64,000 bases of DNA, taken from positions 64,001 to 128,000 of the forward strand of contig JBMOPW010000007.1 in assembly GCA_049322915.1 (NCBI GenBank), in the 5' to 3' direction. The notes beneath the pieces were generated by a model that saw only the letters and a program-made list of their open reading frames with translations, had not been told where the DNA came from and did not search any database. This DNA is from Candidatus Zhuqueibacterota bacterium. Lineage in GTDB: Bacteria; Zhuqueibacterota; Zhuqueibacteria; Thermofontimicrobiales; Thermofontimicrobiaceae. The translations under genes were made by a program, and so were the position numbers. This document shows, piece by piece, positions 18,463-28,020 of the stretch. Position 1 is the first letter of the stretch, and each line of letters starts with the position of its first letter.

Positions 18463-19878
18463 ATGAACAGTCACAATCAGTCGATGCGGTCCCATTCGCT
18501 GGATGCCCTGCGCGGTTTTGCAATTCTGACAATGGTCTTGTCCGGGGTGATCCCGTACGGCGTCTTGCCGCCGTGGATGTACCACGCCCAGATCCCGCCG
18601 CCTGACCATCGTTTCAATCCGCAACTCCCGGGATTGACGTGGGTGGATCTGGTCTTTCCCATGTTCCTGTTCGCTCTGGGCGCAGCGATTCCGTTTGCCC
18701 TGTCCCGGCGGAGGGAACAGGGCGATTCTGCCGGGAAAATAATGGGGAGCATTGTGCAGCGGGGATTCCTGTTGGGATTCTTTGCCATTTTCCTGCGCCA
18801 TGTCCGGCCCCATGTGCTGCAAGCCAATCCGCAGCCCCGGCACTGGCTCATCGCCCTGGCCGGATTTGCCCTGATGTTTCCAATTTTCGCCCGGCTCCCC
18901 GGCGGCTGGCCGCGCTGGAAACGCGGGGCGATACGGTCGTTGGGTTGGCTCGTCGCCGTGCTGATGATAGCCCTGCTCCGCTATCCGGATGGCAGCGGCT
19001 TTTCGCTGAACCGCAGCGATATCATCATCGTTGTGCTGGCGAATATGGCTGTCTTCGGTTCGCTGGTCTGGCTTGTCACGCGGAACAATATCCTGCTGCG
19101 GCTGGGCGTTCTCGCGGCGCTGTTGGCCTTGCGGCTATCCAGCGCGGAACCCGGCTGGGTCCAGACGCTGTGGAATTTTTCGCCGGCGCCGTGGATTTTC
19201 AAACTGTATTATCTGCAATATTTATTCATTGTCATCCCCGGCACACTGGTGGGCGACGTACTCAGCCAGCCGAGGCAGATTGAGCCGCTACCGTCTGAAC
19301 TGGACAGCGGTCTCAGCGCATGGTGGCTGTTCCTGAGTATGCTGGTCGCGACGACGCTCGTCCTGTTGATCGGCTTGCAGTCGCGCTGGCTCTGGCAGAC
19401 AGCGATCCTCACGCTGGCGCTCACCCTGGGGGCTGGCTGGCTGATCCGGCGCATCCGCGGCGATTTCGGAAAGGTCATCCGTCTCCTGTTCAACTGGGGT
19501 GCATGCTGGCTCTGGCTGGGATTGCTGTTCGAGCCGTACGAAGGGGGCATCAAAAAAGATCACTCGACACTGAGCTACTATTTTGTGACGGCCGGGATTT
19601 CGACCTACGCATTGATCGCGTTCTCCGTCGTCATTGATTTGTTCAAAAAACAGCGCTGGGTGCAACTGCTCATTGATAACGGCAAAAATCCCATGATCGC
19701 TTATGTGGCGTTTGCCAATTTCATCTGGCCCATTCTGGCCCTCAGCGGCGCTGAGAAAATCATGCTCTCCCTGACGCCGACGCCCTGGCTCGGGTTCTTT
19801 CGCGGACTTTTTTACACGGCGCTCCTGGCGCTGCTGGTGAGCCTGATCACCCGGAAGAAAATTTATTGGAGAACCTGA
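18463..19878 (+). CDS. DUF5009 / NagX-HGSNAT-like membrane protein
   Basis: SLDALRGFAIL, GLTWVDLVFPMFLF, GGIKKDHST, GKNPMIAY; polytopic. Confidence 0.8.
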   Translation: MNSHNQSMRSHSLDALRGFAILTMVLSGVIPYGVLPPWMYHAQIPPPDHRFNPQLPGLTWVDLVFPMFLFALGAAIPFALSRRREQGDSAGKIMGSIVQRGFLLGFFAIFLRHVRPHVLQANPQPRHWLIALAGFALMFPIFARLPGGWPRWKRGAIRSLGWLVAVLMIALLRYPDGSGFSLNRSDIIIVVLANMAVFGSLVWLVTRNNILLRLGVLAALLALRLSSAEPGWVQTLWNFSPAPWIFKLYYLQYLFIVIPGTLVGDVLSQPRQIEPLPSELDSGLSAWWLFLSMLVATTLVLLIGLQSRWLWQTAILTLALTLGAGWLIRRIRGDFGKVIRLLFNWGACWLWLGLLFEPYEGGIKKDHSTLSYYFVTAGISTYALIAFSVVIDLFKKQRWVQLLIDNGKNPMIAYVAFANFIWPILALSGAEKIMLSLTPTPWLGFFRGLFYTALLALLVSLITRKKIYWRT

Positions 19879-20175
19879 TCAGGCGTGACTTTGTTGAAAT
19901 GCAGAAAGCTGCCTGGCATTTTCGAAGCAGTAGTTTGCGCAGTGGTCAGCCGACGCCGATCGCTTCGGTGAAACAGCATGATTTTGAATCGTAAAATCAG
20001 GAGGGTTCGGATATTTATCCCGAACGGCGGCTATTCGGGAGATTACGATCCAAACCATTCCCTGCGCTGGAAACATCTCCAGCGCGATCTGTTTTGAAAA
20101 AATCAGGGCAATCGCCGGACATTCGCTCCAACAACGAAAACGGCGCGCCCAATCTGTCATCAAAGAAGGGAACCC

Positions 20176-22068
20176 ATGAAATTCCGCACTCTGCTCACGC
20201 TGCTTTTTCTGGCAACCGCCGGCCTGTCGCAAACGGTCAGCGAATTCCGCGCGGTTAAAATCACCAATGTGGACAGCGACGTGCTGTTCAGCGACGCCGC
20301 TATCGCCGAGGCTATGGATTATCTGTCGTCCATTGGCATCAATGTCATTTTGCCGGTTGTCTGGAATGGGCATCAGGCGGATGGCGTGTACACGCTCTAT
20401 CCCAGCGCAGTCATGGACAGCATGTTTGGCCGGCCACTGTACCCCTATTTCCCGGCAGCGCGCGATCCATTGAAACGTGTCATCATCGAGGCCCACCGCA
20501 ACGGCATGGAGGTGTTGCCCTGGTTCGAGATGGGATTCTCCCCGTCGTACTCTCAGAATGGCGGTTACATCCTGGAGCAATTTCCGGCGTGGGGACTTCG
20601 AAACAACGCCGGCCATCTGGTAGTCAAGAATGGCTTCGATTGGATGTCGGCAGCCAATCCGGAGGTGCAGGAGTTCATTTTGGACCTGGTGAAAGAGGTG
20701 GTGGATTGTTACGATGTGGATGGCATTGAGTTCTCCGATCGCATCCCGGCCATGCCGGTCGAGGGCGGCTACGATGCGGCCACAGTGGCGCGGTACAGCA
20801 CAGAGCACAATGGCGCGACGCCGCCGACCAATGACCTCGATCCGGCCTGGATGCGCTGGCGCGCGGACGTGTTGAATGCGTTCAACCAACGGGCGCGCGA
20901 TGCGGTCAAAGCGCGGGGAGAACACCTCATCTTTTCTTCCAGCCCCAGCGTTTATCCCTGGTCGTACGACGAATATCTTCAGGATTCGAAAACCTGGGTG
21001 GATCGCGGCATTGTGGACAACATCATTCCCCAGCTTTACCGCTATTCGATTTCAGACTATACTGCTGAGTTGAACCGCTCGTTGAGCGCTATTCCTTCTG
21101 GCAAACGGCCGATCTTTTTTGCCGGCGTGCTCATCAAACTTGGCGATTATACCATCTCGCCGGAATTTCTGTTCGCTTCCATCCAGGCCAATCGAAACCG
21201 CAATGTGTCCGGAGAGGCGCTGTTCTTTTATGAAGGTCTGCGCGCCAATGATGATCTCCTGGGCGATACGCTGAAAGCCACATATTATTCGGCGCCGGCG
21301 CTGAATCCGCATCGCAACGGGATGGTTTGGCGGCCCAAAGCGCTCATCGTGAATGAAGATGATCCCGGCGCCCGCATCGCTGGCCAGTGGGATTTTTCGA
21401 CCATCGCCGGATTTCGTCCCAATATTCTCATTAAAAAAGATACCAGCTATGCTGCGATCCGATACGATTTTCATGTGCCGGTCAGCGCCTGGTACGACGT
21501 GTTCGCCTACATCGTCACTGGCCCACTGGCAGCGAACGCCGCGCCATTCACTGTATTTTCGGACAGTGACTCCGAAACCGTGACCATCAACCAGCAGAGT
21601 CTGTACAATCGCGGCTGGCAGTTTTTGCAGACTGTCTTTCTCCCGCAGGGCGAGCGGACTGTCCTGAAGCTGGACAATGCCAACGTGGCGCAAGGCCAGT
21701 TCGTGTCCGCAGATGCCGCCATGCTCATGCTCAACCGCAAGCGCTCCACGGACGTGTTGATTCCATCGAATATCGACAGCGAGCCCGAGACAGCGGAGCT
21801 TCCCGAAACAGTCGCGCTGATCGGGACCTATCCCAATCCATTCAACATGTCGACCAAAATCCGCTTTCGAATCGATGCGCCGGCGTTTGTCGAGCTCACT
21901 GTTTTCGACCTGTTGGGCAGACAGGTGGCCACGTTGATGAGCGAACCGAGGTCGCGCGGTACGCACGAAGTCATTTTCTCCGGAACTGGCCTGGCCAGCG
22001 GACTATACGTCTGCCGGCTCGCCGCGAATGGTGTGAACGAGACGATTAAAATAGTGTTAATTAAATAA
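20176..22068 (+). CDS. Secreted GHL10 glycoside hydrolase with an accessory beta-sandwich and a C-terminal secretion/FlgD-like domain
   Basis: Paralog of 9698-10858 (ITNVDS, RDPL..IIEAH, PWFEMG, KNGFDWM). C-terminal YPNPFN...TKIRF...FDLLGRQV...LASGLY. Confidence 0.85.
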   Translation: MKFRTLLTLLFLATAGLSQTVSEFRAVKITNVDSDVLFSDAAIAEAMDYLSSIGINVILPVVWNGHQADGVYTLYPSAVMDSMFGRPLYPYFPAARDPLKRVIIEAHRNGMEVLPWFEMGFSPSYSQNGGYILEQFPAWGLRNNAGHLVVKNGFDWMSAANPEVQEFILDLVKEVVDCYDVDGIEFSDRIPAMPVEGGYDAATVARYSTEHNGATPPTNDLDPAWMRWRADVLNAFNQRARDAVKARGEHLIFSSSPSVYPWSYDEYLQDSKTWVDRGIVDNIIPQLYRYSISDYTAELNRSLSAIPSGKRPIFFAGVLIKLGDYTISPEFLFASIQANRNRNVSGEALFFYEGLRANDDLLGDTLKATYYSAPALNPHRNGMVWRPKALIVNEDDPGARIAGQWDFSTIAGFRPNILIKKDTSYAAIRYDFHVPVSAWYDVFAYIVTGPLAANAAPFTVFSDSDSETVTINQQSLYNRGWQFLQTVFLPQGERTVLKLDNANVAQGQFVSADAAMLMLNRKRSTDVLIPSNIDSEPETAELPETVALIGTYPNPFNMSTKIRFRIDAPAFVELTVFDLLGRQVATLMSEPRSRGTHEVIFSGTGLASGLYVCRLAANGVNETIKIVLIK

Positions 22069-22149
22069 CGGAGGAACTCGCTTACAGCCCGATGATTCGG
22101 CTGGATGCTGTTTCCTCCACGACAGTGAATTTGAGGACAGGTAACGATA

Positions 22150-23763
22150 ATGAAAAATTCAACCATGGATCGCCGGCAATTTTTGAGGATTGCCGGGCAA
22201 GGGATCGCCGCTTCATCCCTGTCGCCGCTGATGTTTCAGGCGTGCGATTCAATGAAACGGCGACCGAATATCCTGTTCATCATGACCGACGACCATGCCT
22301 ATCAATCTATCAGTTGCTACGGCAGTCACATGAACCAAACGCCCCAGATTGATCGCCTGGCGCGGGATGGCGTCCGATTCGAGCAGAGTTACGTCACCAA
22401 TTCCATCTGCGCGCCGAGTCGGGCCGTGCTGCTGACGGGCAAATATAGCCACATCAACGGCCACGTTGATAACCGCAACACCTTCGACGGTTCTCAGCCC
22501 ACGTTTCCAAAGCTGTTGCAGCAGGCGGGATTTCAGACGGCCATGGTCGGCAAATGGCATTTGAAAAGTGATCCGACCGGATTTGATTACTGGAATATTC
22601 TGCCGGATCAGGGCCAGTACTACAATCCCGATTTCATTGAAATGGGCGTGCGCCAACAAATTCATGGATACGCGACGGATGTGGTCACTGATATCGCCTT
22701 GGATTGGCTGGAGAAGCGGGATCGGAACCGGCCGTTCTGTCTGCTGCTGCATCATAAAGCGCCGCATCGGAACTGGATGCCGGCGCTGAAGTACCTGAAC
22801 AAATACGAAGACGTGGAAATTCCCATGCCTGAGACGTTTTTCGATGATTACGTCACCAGAAGCGACGCAGCCAGACAGCAGGAGATGGAAGTCGTCAACC
22901 ATACGTTTCCCATCTACGATTTGAAAGGCCCTCTCGATGAATCGACTCCGCCGCGAAATGACGACGAGAAAGCGGACCGGGACATGTGGAAGGCCGGCTA
23001 CAATCGCATGACCGAGGAGCAGAAAAACGCCTGGGATGCGGCGTATGGTCCGCGAAACAAGGCGTATCAGGAATCCCTGCCGGAGGGACGCGACCTGGCC
23101 CGCTGGAAATACCAGCGGTACATCAAGGACTACTTGCGATGCGTCGATTCGGTCGACGAGAATATTGGCCGCGTGCTTGATTATCTGGATAATAACGATC
23201 TGGCTGAAAATACGATTGTGGTCTATACCTCGGATCAGGGATTTTATCTGGGCGAGCACGGTTGGTTTGACAAGCGGTTCATGTATGAGCAATCCCTGCG
23301 CATGCCGCTGATCATCCGATATCCGGCGAGAGTGAAACCGGCCGTCAACAGTAGCGATATGGTGATGAATCTGGACTTTGCTCCGACGTTTCTGGACTTT
23401 GCCGGGGTGGCAGCGCCGGCGGACATGCAGGGCCGGTCGCTGCGCCGGGTGCTGACTGGAAAAACGCCGTCGGACTGGCGGCAGTCCATCTATTATCATT
23501 ATTACGAATATCCGGCCTGGCACATGGTCAAGCGGCATTACGGCGTCCGGACCCACGAGTTCAAATTGATCCATTTTTATTACGACATCGACGCCTGGGA
23601 ATTGTACGATTTGAAGAAAGACCCCCATGAATTGAACAACGTGTACGACGATCCGGCTTACGCGGATAAAGTGGTCGAGTTGAAAGCTGAATTGGAACGG
23701 CTGCGCAAGTTTTACGGCGATTCGGACGATAATAAATTCATGCCAAAAGCGACTGCCTCATGA
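22150..23763 (+). CDS. Formylglycine-dependent (S1, Cys-type) sulfatase, Tat-exported
   Basis: MDRRQFL Tat motif, PNILFIMTDD, CAPSRAVLLTG, GKWHL, YTSDQG. Confidence 0.93.
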   Translation: MKNSTMDRRQFLRIAGQGIAASSLSPLMFQACDSMKRRPNILFIMTDDHAYQSISCYGSHMNQTPQIDRLARDGVRFEQSYVTNSICAPSRAVLLTGKYSHINGHVDNRNTFDGSQPTFPKLLQQAGFQTAMVGKWHLKSDPTGFDYWNILPDQGQYYNPDFIEMGVRQQIHGYATDVVTDIALDWLEKRDRNRPFCLLLHHKAPHRNWMPALKYLNKYEDVEIPMPETFFDDYVTRSDAARQQEMEVVNHTFPIYDLKGPLDESTPPRNDDEKADRDMWKAGYNRMTEEQKNAWDAAYGPRNKAYQESLPEGRDLARWKYQRYIKDYLRCVDSVDENIGRVLDYLDNNDLAENTIVVYTSDQGFYLGEHGWFDKRFMYEQSLRMPLIIRYPARVKPAVNSSDMVMNLDFAPTFLDFAGVAAPADMQGRSLRRVLTGKTPSDWRQSIYYHYYEYPAWHMVKRHYGVRTHEFKLIHFYYDIDAWELYDLKKDPHELNNVYDDPAYADKVVELKAELERLRKFYGDSDDNKFMPKATAS

Positions 23764-23855
23764 GACGGGATGAATAACTACAATTCCTGCCCGGCCAGCG
23801 GTCCCTGTGACGACAAAACTGCCGCCTGATTATTTCACTGTTCGGAGAGACTCCC

Positions 23856-25301
23856 ATGGATATTTTAAAAGACCCGCTGGCTGTATTGCAGCGATATCTT
23901 CAAATCGATACCACAAACAGCCAGAACGACCGCGATGTCTGCCGCTTCTGGGAGTTGATTTTTTCGCGCTATGATGTGAATTGCCGGCATGTCCGCAGCG
24001 GTGATTTCTGCAATTTCGAAACCTACCTCGATGAGGGCCGGCGCGAGCGAATTCTGCTGCAGAACCACATGGATGTGGTGCCGGCATTGCGGGGCGAGTG
24101 GAATTTCGATCCGTTCGGAGGACGGATTGACGCCGGCTATCTCTACGGCCGCGGCGCTCTGGACATGAAATCCATAGCCGTCTTTCAGGCCTACGCCTTC
24201 CTCCGTCTGGTTTACGAAAACCATCCCCGCAAGCACTTGCTGAAGTTCTGTTCGATGGTGCAGGAGGAGACGTCCTCTGAACACGGCGCCCGATTTTACG
24301 CGGACTATCTGAAACGCCAGGGCTACAGTGATCTCGTTGTATTGGGCGAGGGCGGATTCCTGCTTCGTATTCCGGAAATCTACGCCGGAAATTTGTTCCT
24401 CTACGAGACGGAGCAAAAAGGGCTGCTGTGGCTGGCCATCACCGTTCATTCGAGAGGTGGACACGGTTCCCTGGGCGGAAAAACCAAAAAGGCCAATCCT
24501 GTGTTGCGGGCGGCCAAAGTGGCGGACCGCCTGAGCCGAATTAAATTTCCGGTCAAAATCGAGACGTCGGTGGAGGTGTTCATCAGTTCGCTGCTGGATG
24601 TGTCTCATAACTTTTTAATCCGGCACATCGTCGCCAGCACGCTGTTCAAGCGATTCCTTTTCCGCACAAAAATGGGGAGCGGCATGCTCTGCCGGCTCAT
24701 CACCCGGGCGACGGCCATCCCTGACCTGTTCCAGACTTCGCTGAATGTCACCAATATTTCAACGGACAAAATCGAGGGAATCGCCGAGCGAACACAGCGC
24801 CTGCCCCTGTGGCGGAGATTGTTGCGCCGTGGGCCAACGCGAAAATTGAACCCCATCACCCGAACCGGCGTCAATGTCATTCCCAGCTACGCCACAGTCA
24901 CGTGCGATATTCGCTTCAATTCCGTTTACACCGCCGACGAATTGATTGAAATCATCCGGAAGGTCATCCCCAAAGACGCAGAACTGACCGTGATGAATTC
25001 ACAGAAATTTTCCACGTCGCCTCATCATCTCATCGTCGACCCGATCCGCCGCGCGCTGGATAGCGCCGGGCAAGTGGAGACGATTGTCTCCCCGTTCCTT
25101 TTCATCGCGGCCTCGGACAATTACTTCTTCCGCAACCAGGGCTTTGCCTCGTTCGGATTGGTGCCGAATTTAATTTCACTGGATGAACTGGATCGCATTC
25201 ACGGCTGCAATGAACGGATCCACATCCAGCATTTCAGAGAAGGCTGCCAGTTGTATTACCGCATTTTGAAGCAACTCATCGAATCCCTGCCCGATGAGTG
25301 A
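23856..25301 (+). CDS. M20/M25/M40 family metallo-hydrolase
   Basis: NHMDVVP, GRGALDMK, QEE, GEGG, GGHGS, NVIP, IHGCNE. Confidence 0.85.
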   Translation: MDILKDPLAVLQRYLQIDTTNSQNDRDVCRFWELIFSRYDVNCRHVRSGDFCNFETYLDEGRRERILLQNHMDVVPALRGEWNFDPFGGRIDAGYLYGRGALDMKSIAVFQAYAFLRLVYENHPRKHLLKFCSMVQEETSSEHGARFYADYLKRQGYSDLVVLGEGGFLLRIPEIYAGNLFLYETEQKGLLWLAITVHSRGGHGSLGGKTKKANPVLRAAKVADRLSRIKFPVKIETSVEVFISSLLDVSHNFLIRHIVASTLFKRFLFRTKMGSGMLCRLITRATAIPDLFQTSLNVTNISTDKIEGIAERTQRLPLWRRLLRRGPTRKLNPITRTGVNVIPSYATVTCDIRFNSVYTADELIEIIRKVIPKDAELTVMNSQKFSTSPHHLIVDPIRRALDSAGQVETIVSPFLFIAASDNYFFRNQGFASFGLVPNLISLDELDRIHGCNERIHIQHFREGCQLYYRILKQLIESLPDE

Positions 25302-26101
25302 TCGTCGTGCTGTTTCCTATCGCATTGACTATATTCCGGCGCGACGCCATTCGCACTGCGCTGGTTGTAGCAGAACCGGCAGTGCGCGGCGTGATATCTT
25401 TTTGTCCGTAGCAGTGCAGACTGCTTTTTCACCCGTCTAAGTGGTTGAAAGACATTGCAGCTTTCATCTTCAATCAGCGAAACGCTCTGCGCACGATCCT
25501 TCATGCTGCCGTGTCCCTCGGAAAGAAGTCGGTTTTGCAATTGGAACTTCCGATTGAAATTTTCCGGAAAAATTTTTATTCCGGTTGAATCTTTCTACCG
25601 GGCATCACATCTAAACAAATGTATTCCATGAAAAATTCACAGCATGCAGATCGCGCGCGACAGCTTCATGCTGGTGCGAGAGATCGATGCGATTCAGAAA
25701 AGCCACTTATCAAATTAACCCGACCATTGTTGCATGAGACAAAGAGCGAAAAAAAGAACCTGCCTGGTTTGCAAAAAATTGCATCATTGTGGCTCTGGTG
25801 GACTCACCGCTAAAAATGAGTGACAGCTTCCCACAATTCACATACTGATACCTTACCTGTACCTGCAACGTGCAGCGAAACGTCGTTGTCAGGAATTCAT
25901 TTTGATTCAATACAATTACCGGTCGAAAACGACATCGCAGTGAAACGTTGATTTTCAGGCGCTGGCATGTTATCGTGCTTTAATGACAGGCATGCGTTTT
26001 TTAAATCTGAATTCCGCCGCCCGGTTATCATCGGACGTGTTCGGGAATTTGCAGTGTAAGTTTTAGTCGATCATTGAATAAAGTATGAAGGAGTCCTACG
26101 T

Positions 26102-26353
26102 ATGGAGAAACAAGCAACCCAGCCACGGGTGATTATTTTTACAACGCCCACTTGCACCTGGTGCAATCGGGTGAAGAGCTATCTGCGACAGCATCGCATT
26201 CGGTTTCGCGACATCGATGTCACGAAGGATGCCAGCGCGGCGCGGGATTTAGAGCGTCGTGGGCATCGTGGAGTCCCGGTGTTGTTTATTGGCAGCGCAA
26301 CCGTGGTCGGATTTGATCAACCGAAAATTAATAGTTTGTTGGGAATAAAATGA
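26102..26353 (+). CDS. Glutaredoxin-like protein (NrdH/YruB type)
   Basis: CTWC active site, GVP cis-Pro motif, VGFD. Confidence 0.88.
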   Translation: MEKQATQPRVIIFTTPTCTWCNRVKSYLRQHRIRFRDIDVTKDASAARDLERRGHRGVPVLFIGSATVVGFDQPKINSLLGIK

Positions 26354-26377
26354 TGAAAATCTAAGGAGATTCACGCT

Positions 26378-26647
26378 ATGGAATTAATACCAATGGACGA
26401 TCGGATTATTGTCGAACGCTTTGAAGAAGAAAAGAAGCATGGCACAATTATCATTCCGGAGACCGCAAAAGAAAAGCCGCGAATGGGCAAAGTCATCGCG
26501 GTGGGCACGGATGAAGATTTGCAGGACAAAGTGAAAGTCGGCGATAAAGTTTTGTACGGGAAATATACCGGCGACGAGATAGAATTCGACGGAAAAGAAT
26601 TGCTGATCATTCAACGAAACGATATTTTAGCGATCATAAAAGACTAA
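26378..26647 (+). CDS. groES: Co-chaperonin GroES
   Basis: PMDDRIIV, IIIPETAKEKP, GKVIAVG, VKVGDKVLYGKYTG, DILAII. Confidence 0.93.
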   Translation: MELIPMDDRIIVERFEEEKKHGTIIIPETAKEKPRMGKVIAVGTDEDLQDKVKVGDKVLYGKYTGDEIEFDGKELLIIQRNDILAIIKD

Positions 26648-26977
26648 CAGACTGAAGAGGCAGATGCGCGACGTGTCTGCCTCTGATTTTTTGCGGAAGG
26701 AAGAACGTCGGCAGCCTGGCGAGGCGTTTGGTATAATTTAGAATTCAGCATTGACGCGATGGTGGGCTCTTCAAGCCAGTTGCTTCCCGATGAAAAATGT
26801 TGGATCACAGAGGTTTCCGAAACCGTATTTTCAGAAGCATTTGATTTCAGCGGGGCAACTTGCTGCACCGATAACCAAAAAGAGATGCAGTTTGCTCCCA
26901 ATTCTCTCCGGCGCACTGGGCTATGAATCGCTTCAACTGTCTATTATTTCAAGAAGATGAAAGAGCAGCGACCAAAC

Positions 26978-26993
26978 TGGTATTAGAATTGCT
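26978..26993 (+). promoter_or_regulatory. Putative sigma54 -24/-12 promoter
   Basis: TGGTATTAGAATTGCT (GG-N10-GC), about 55 nt before the NifB/X-family gene. Confidence 0.5.
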
Positions 26994-27046
26994 TTTGATG
27001 TGACGAGTGAAAGTCATGTCAATAAAAAAAGAGGAGGTGACCCAGA

Positions 27047-27433
27047 ATGAAGTTAGCAATTGGAACAGATGATGGGATGACAATCAGGCAGGGACATTTC
27101 GGAGAGAGCAAGTATTATTCAATATGTGAAATTCTCAATGGCATTTTTTTTACACAGGAGTTGAGACAGAATCCTTTCCGGGATGAAAAACATGCGGTAC
27201 ATGGTCAAACTGAAAATATCATGGACCTGCTGAACGATTGCCAGATTTTCATCGCCAAAAGCTACGGCATGAAATCTCTGAAGAAAATTGTCCAAAACAA
27301 GATCGATGCCATCATTACAGATCTGGACGACATTGAACGGACAGTTCAATTTTACCTGCATTCGGAAGATATCCATTTTAAATATTATGATGATGAAAAT
27401 GGTCAGTTCAATGCGTGCAGCGATCGCAATTAG
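27047..27433 (+). CDS. NifB/NifX family (FeMo-cofactor-binding-like) protein
   Basis: MKLAIGTDDG...GHFGES...ELRQNP...DCQIFIAKSYG; GGAGGT RBS. Confidence 0.8.
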   Translation: MKLAIGTDDGMTIRQGHFGESKYYSICEILNGIFFTQELRQNPFRDEKHAVHGQTENIMDLLNDCQIFIAKSYGMKSLKKIVQNKIDAIITDLDDIERTVQFYLHSEDIHFKYYDDENGQFNACSDRN

Positions 27434-27591
27434 CGCGAACCGCGAATAAAAATTCGCACGGTGTCCGATGTAATATCCCGCGTCCGGAGCGTGCGGTGCG
27501 GGCTGGCATCAATGCCGGAGAAACGATTGAAACACGATTCATCGCCACGTAACGACGCACATTACTTACTACTTTGGGAAAGGAAACAGAT

Positions 27592-28020
27592 ATGCCATTC
27601 GGATTTGGAGGCGGCGGCGGTCGCGGCCACGGACATGGGATGGGACGAGGGCGTGGAAGGAATTTTGGAATGATGGAGAGCGACGCAAATTGCGTGTGCC
27701 CTCAATGCAATACAATCGCGCCGCATCAGCGGGGGGTACCCTGCTTTCAGACGATTTGTCCCAGATGCGGGGCGGCGATGACGCGGCAATTCAATGCGGT
27801 CGCTTCGACACAACAGCCGCAATCGTTCTCTTCAAAACCACAACCGCAATCCTTCGTTCCGGTCGTCGATCAGGCTCTGTGTACAGGCTGCCAGCGATGC
27901 GTTGCCGTGTGTCCGTTTGGCGCTATTGAAATAGTGGACAAGAAAGCGGTGATTCAGGCCGACTCGTGCAACAATTGCCGCGTCTGTGTTTCGTCGTGTC
28001 CTGAATCTGCGATTCATTGA
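27592..28020 (+). CDS. 2x[4Fe-4S] ferredoxin with Gly/Arg-rich N-terminus and a Cys-rich zinc-ribbon-like domain
   Basis: CVCPQC...HQRGVPC...CPRCG; CTGCQRCVAVCP; CNNCRVCVSSCP. Confidence 0.85.
   Translation: MPFGFGGGGGRGHGHGMGRGRGRNFGMMESDANCVCPQCNTIAPHQRGVPCFQTICPRCGAAMTRQFNAVASTQQPQSFSSKPQPQSFVPVVDQALCTGCQRCVAVCPFGAIEIVDKKAVIQADSCNNCRVCVSSCPESAIH

Noticed and set aside
25302..26101. 800-bp intergenic region with short ORFs and a possible ECF-type promoter (GAATCT-N17-TCTAA, 25587-25614)
   Set aside because: No recognisable RNA family, repeat or convincing ORF; the promoter match is too weak to call.
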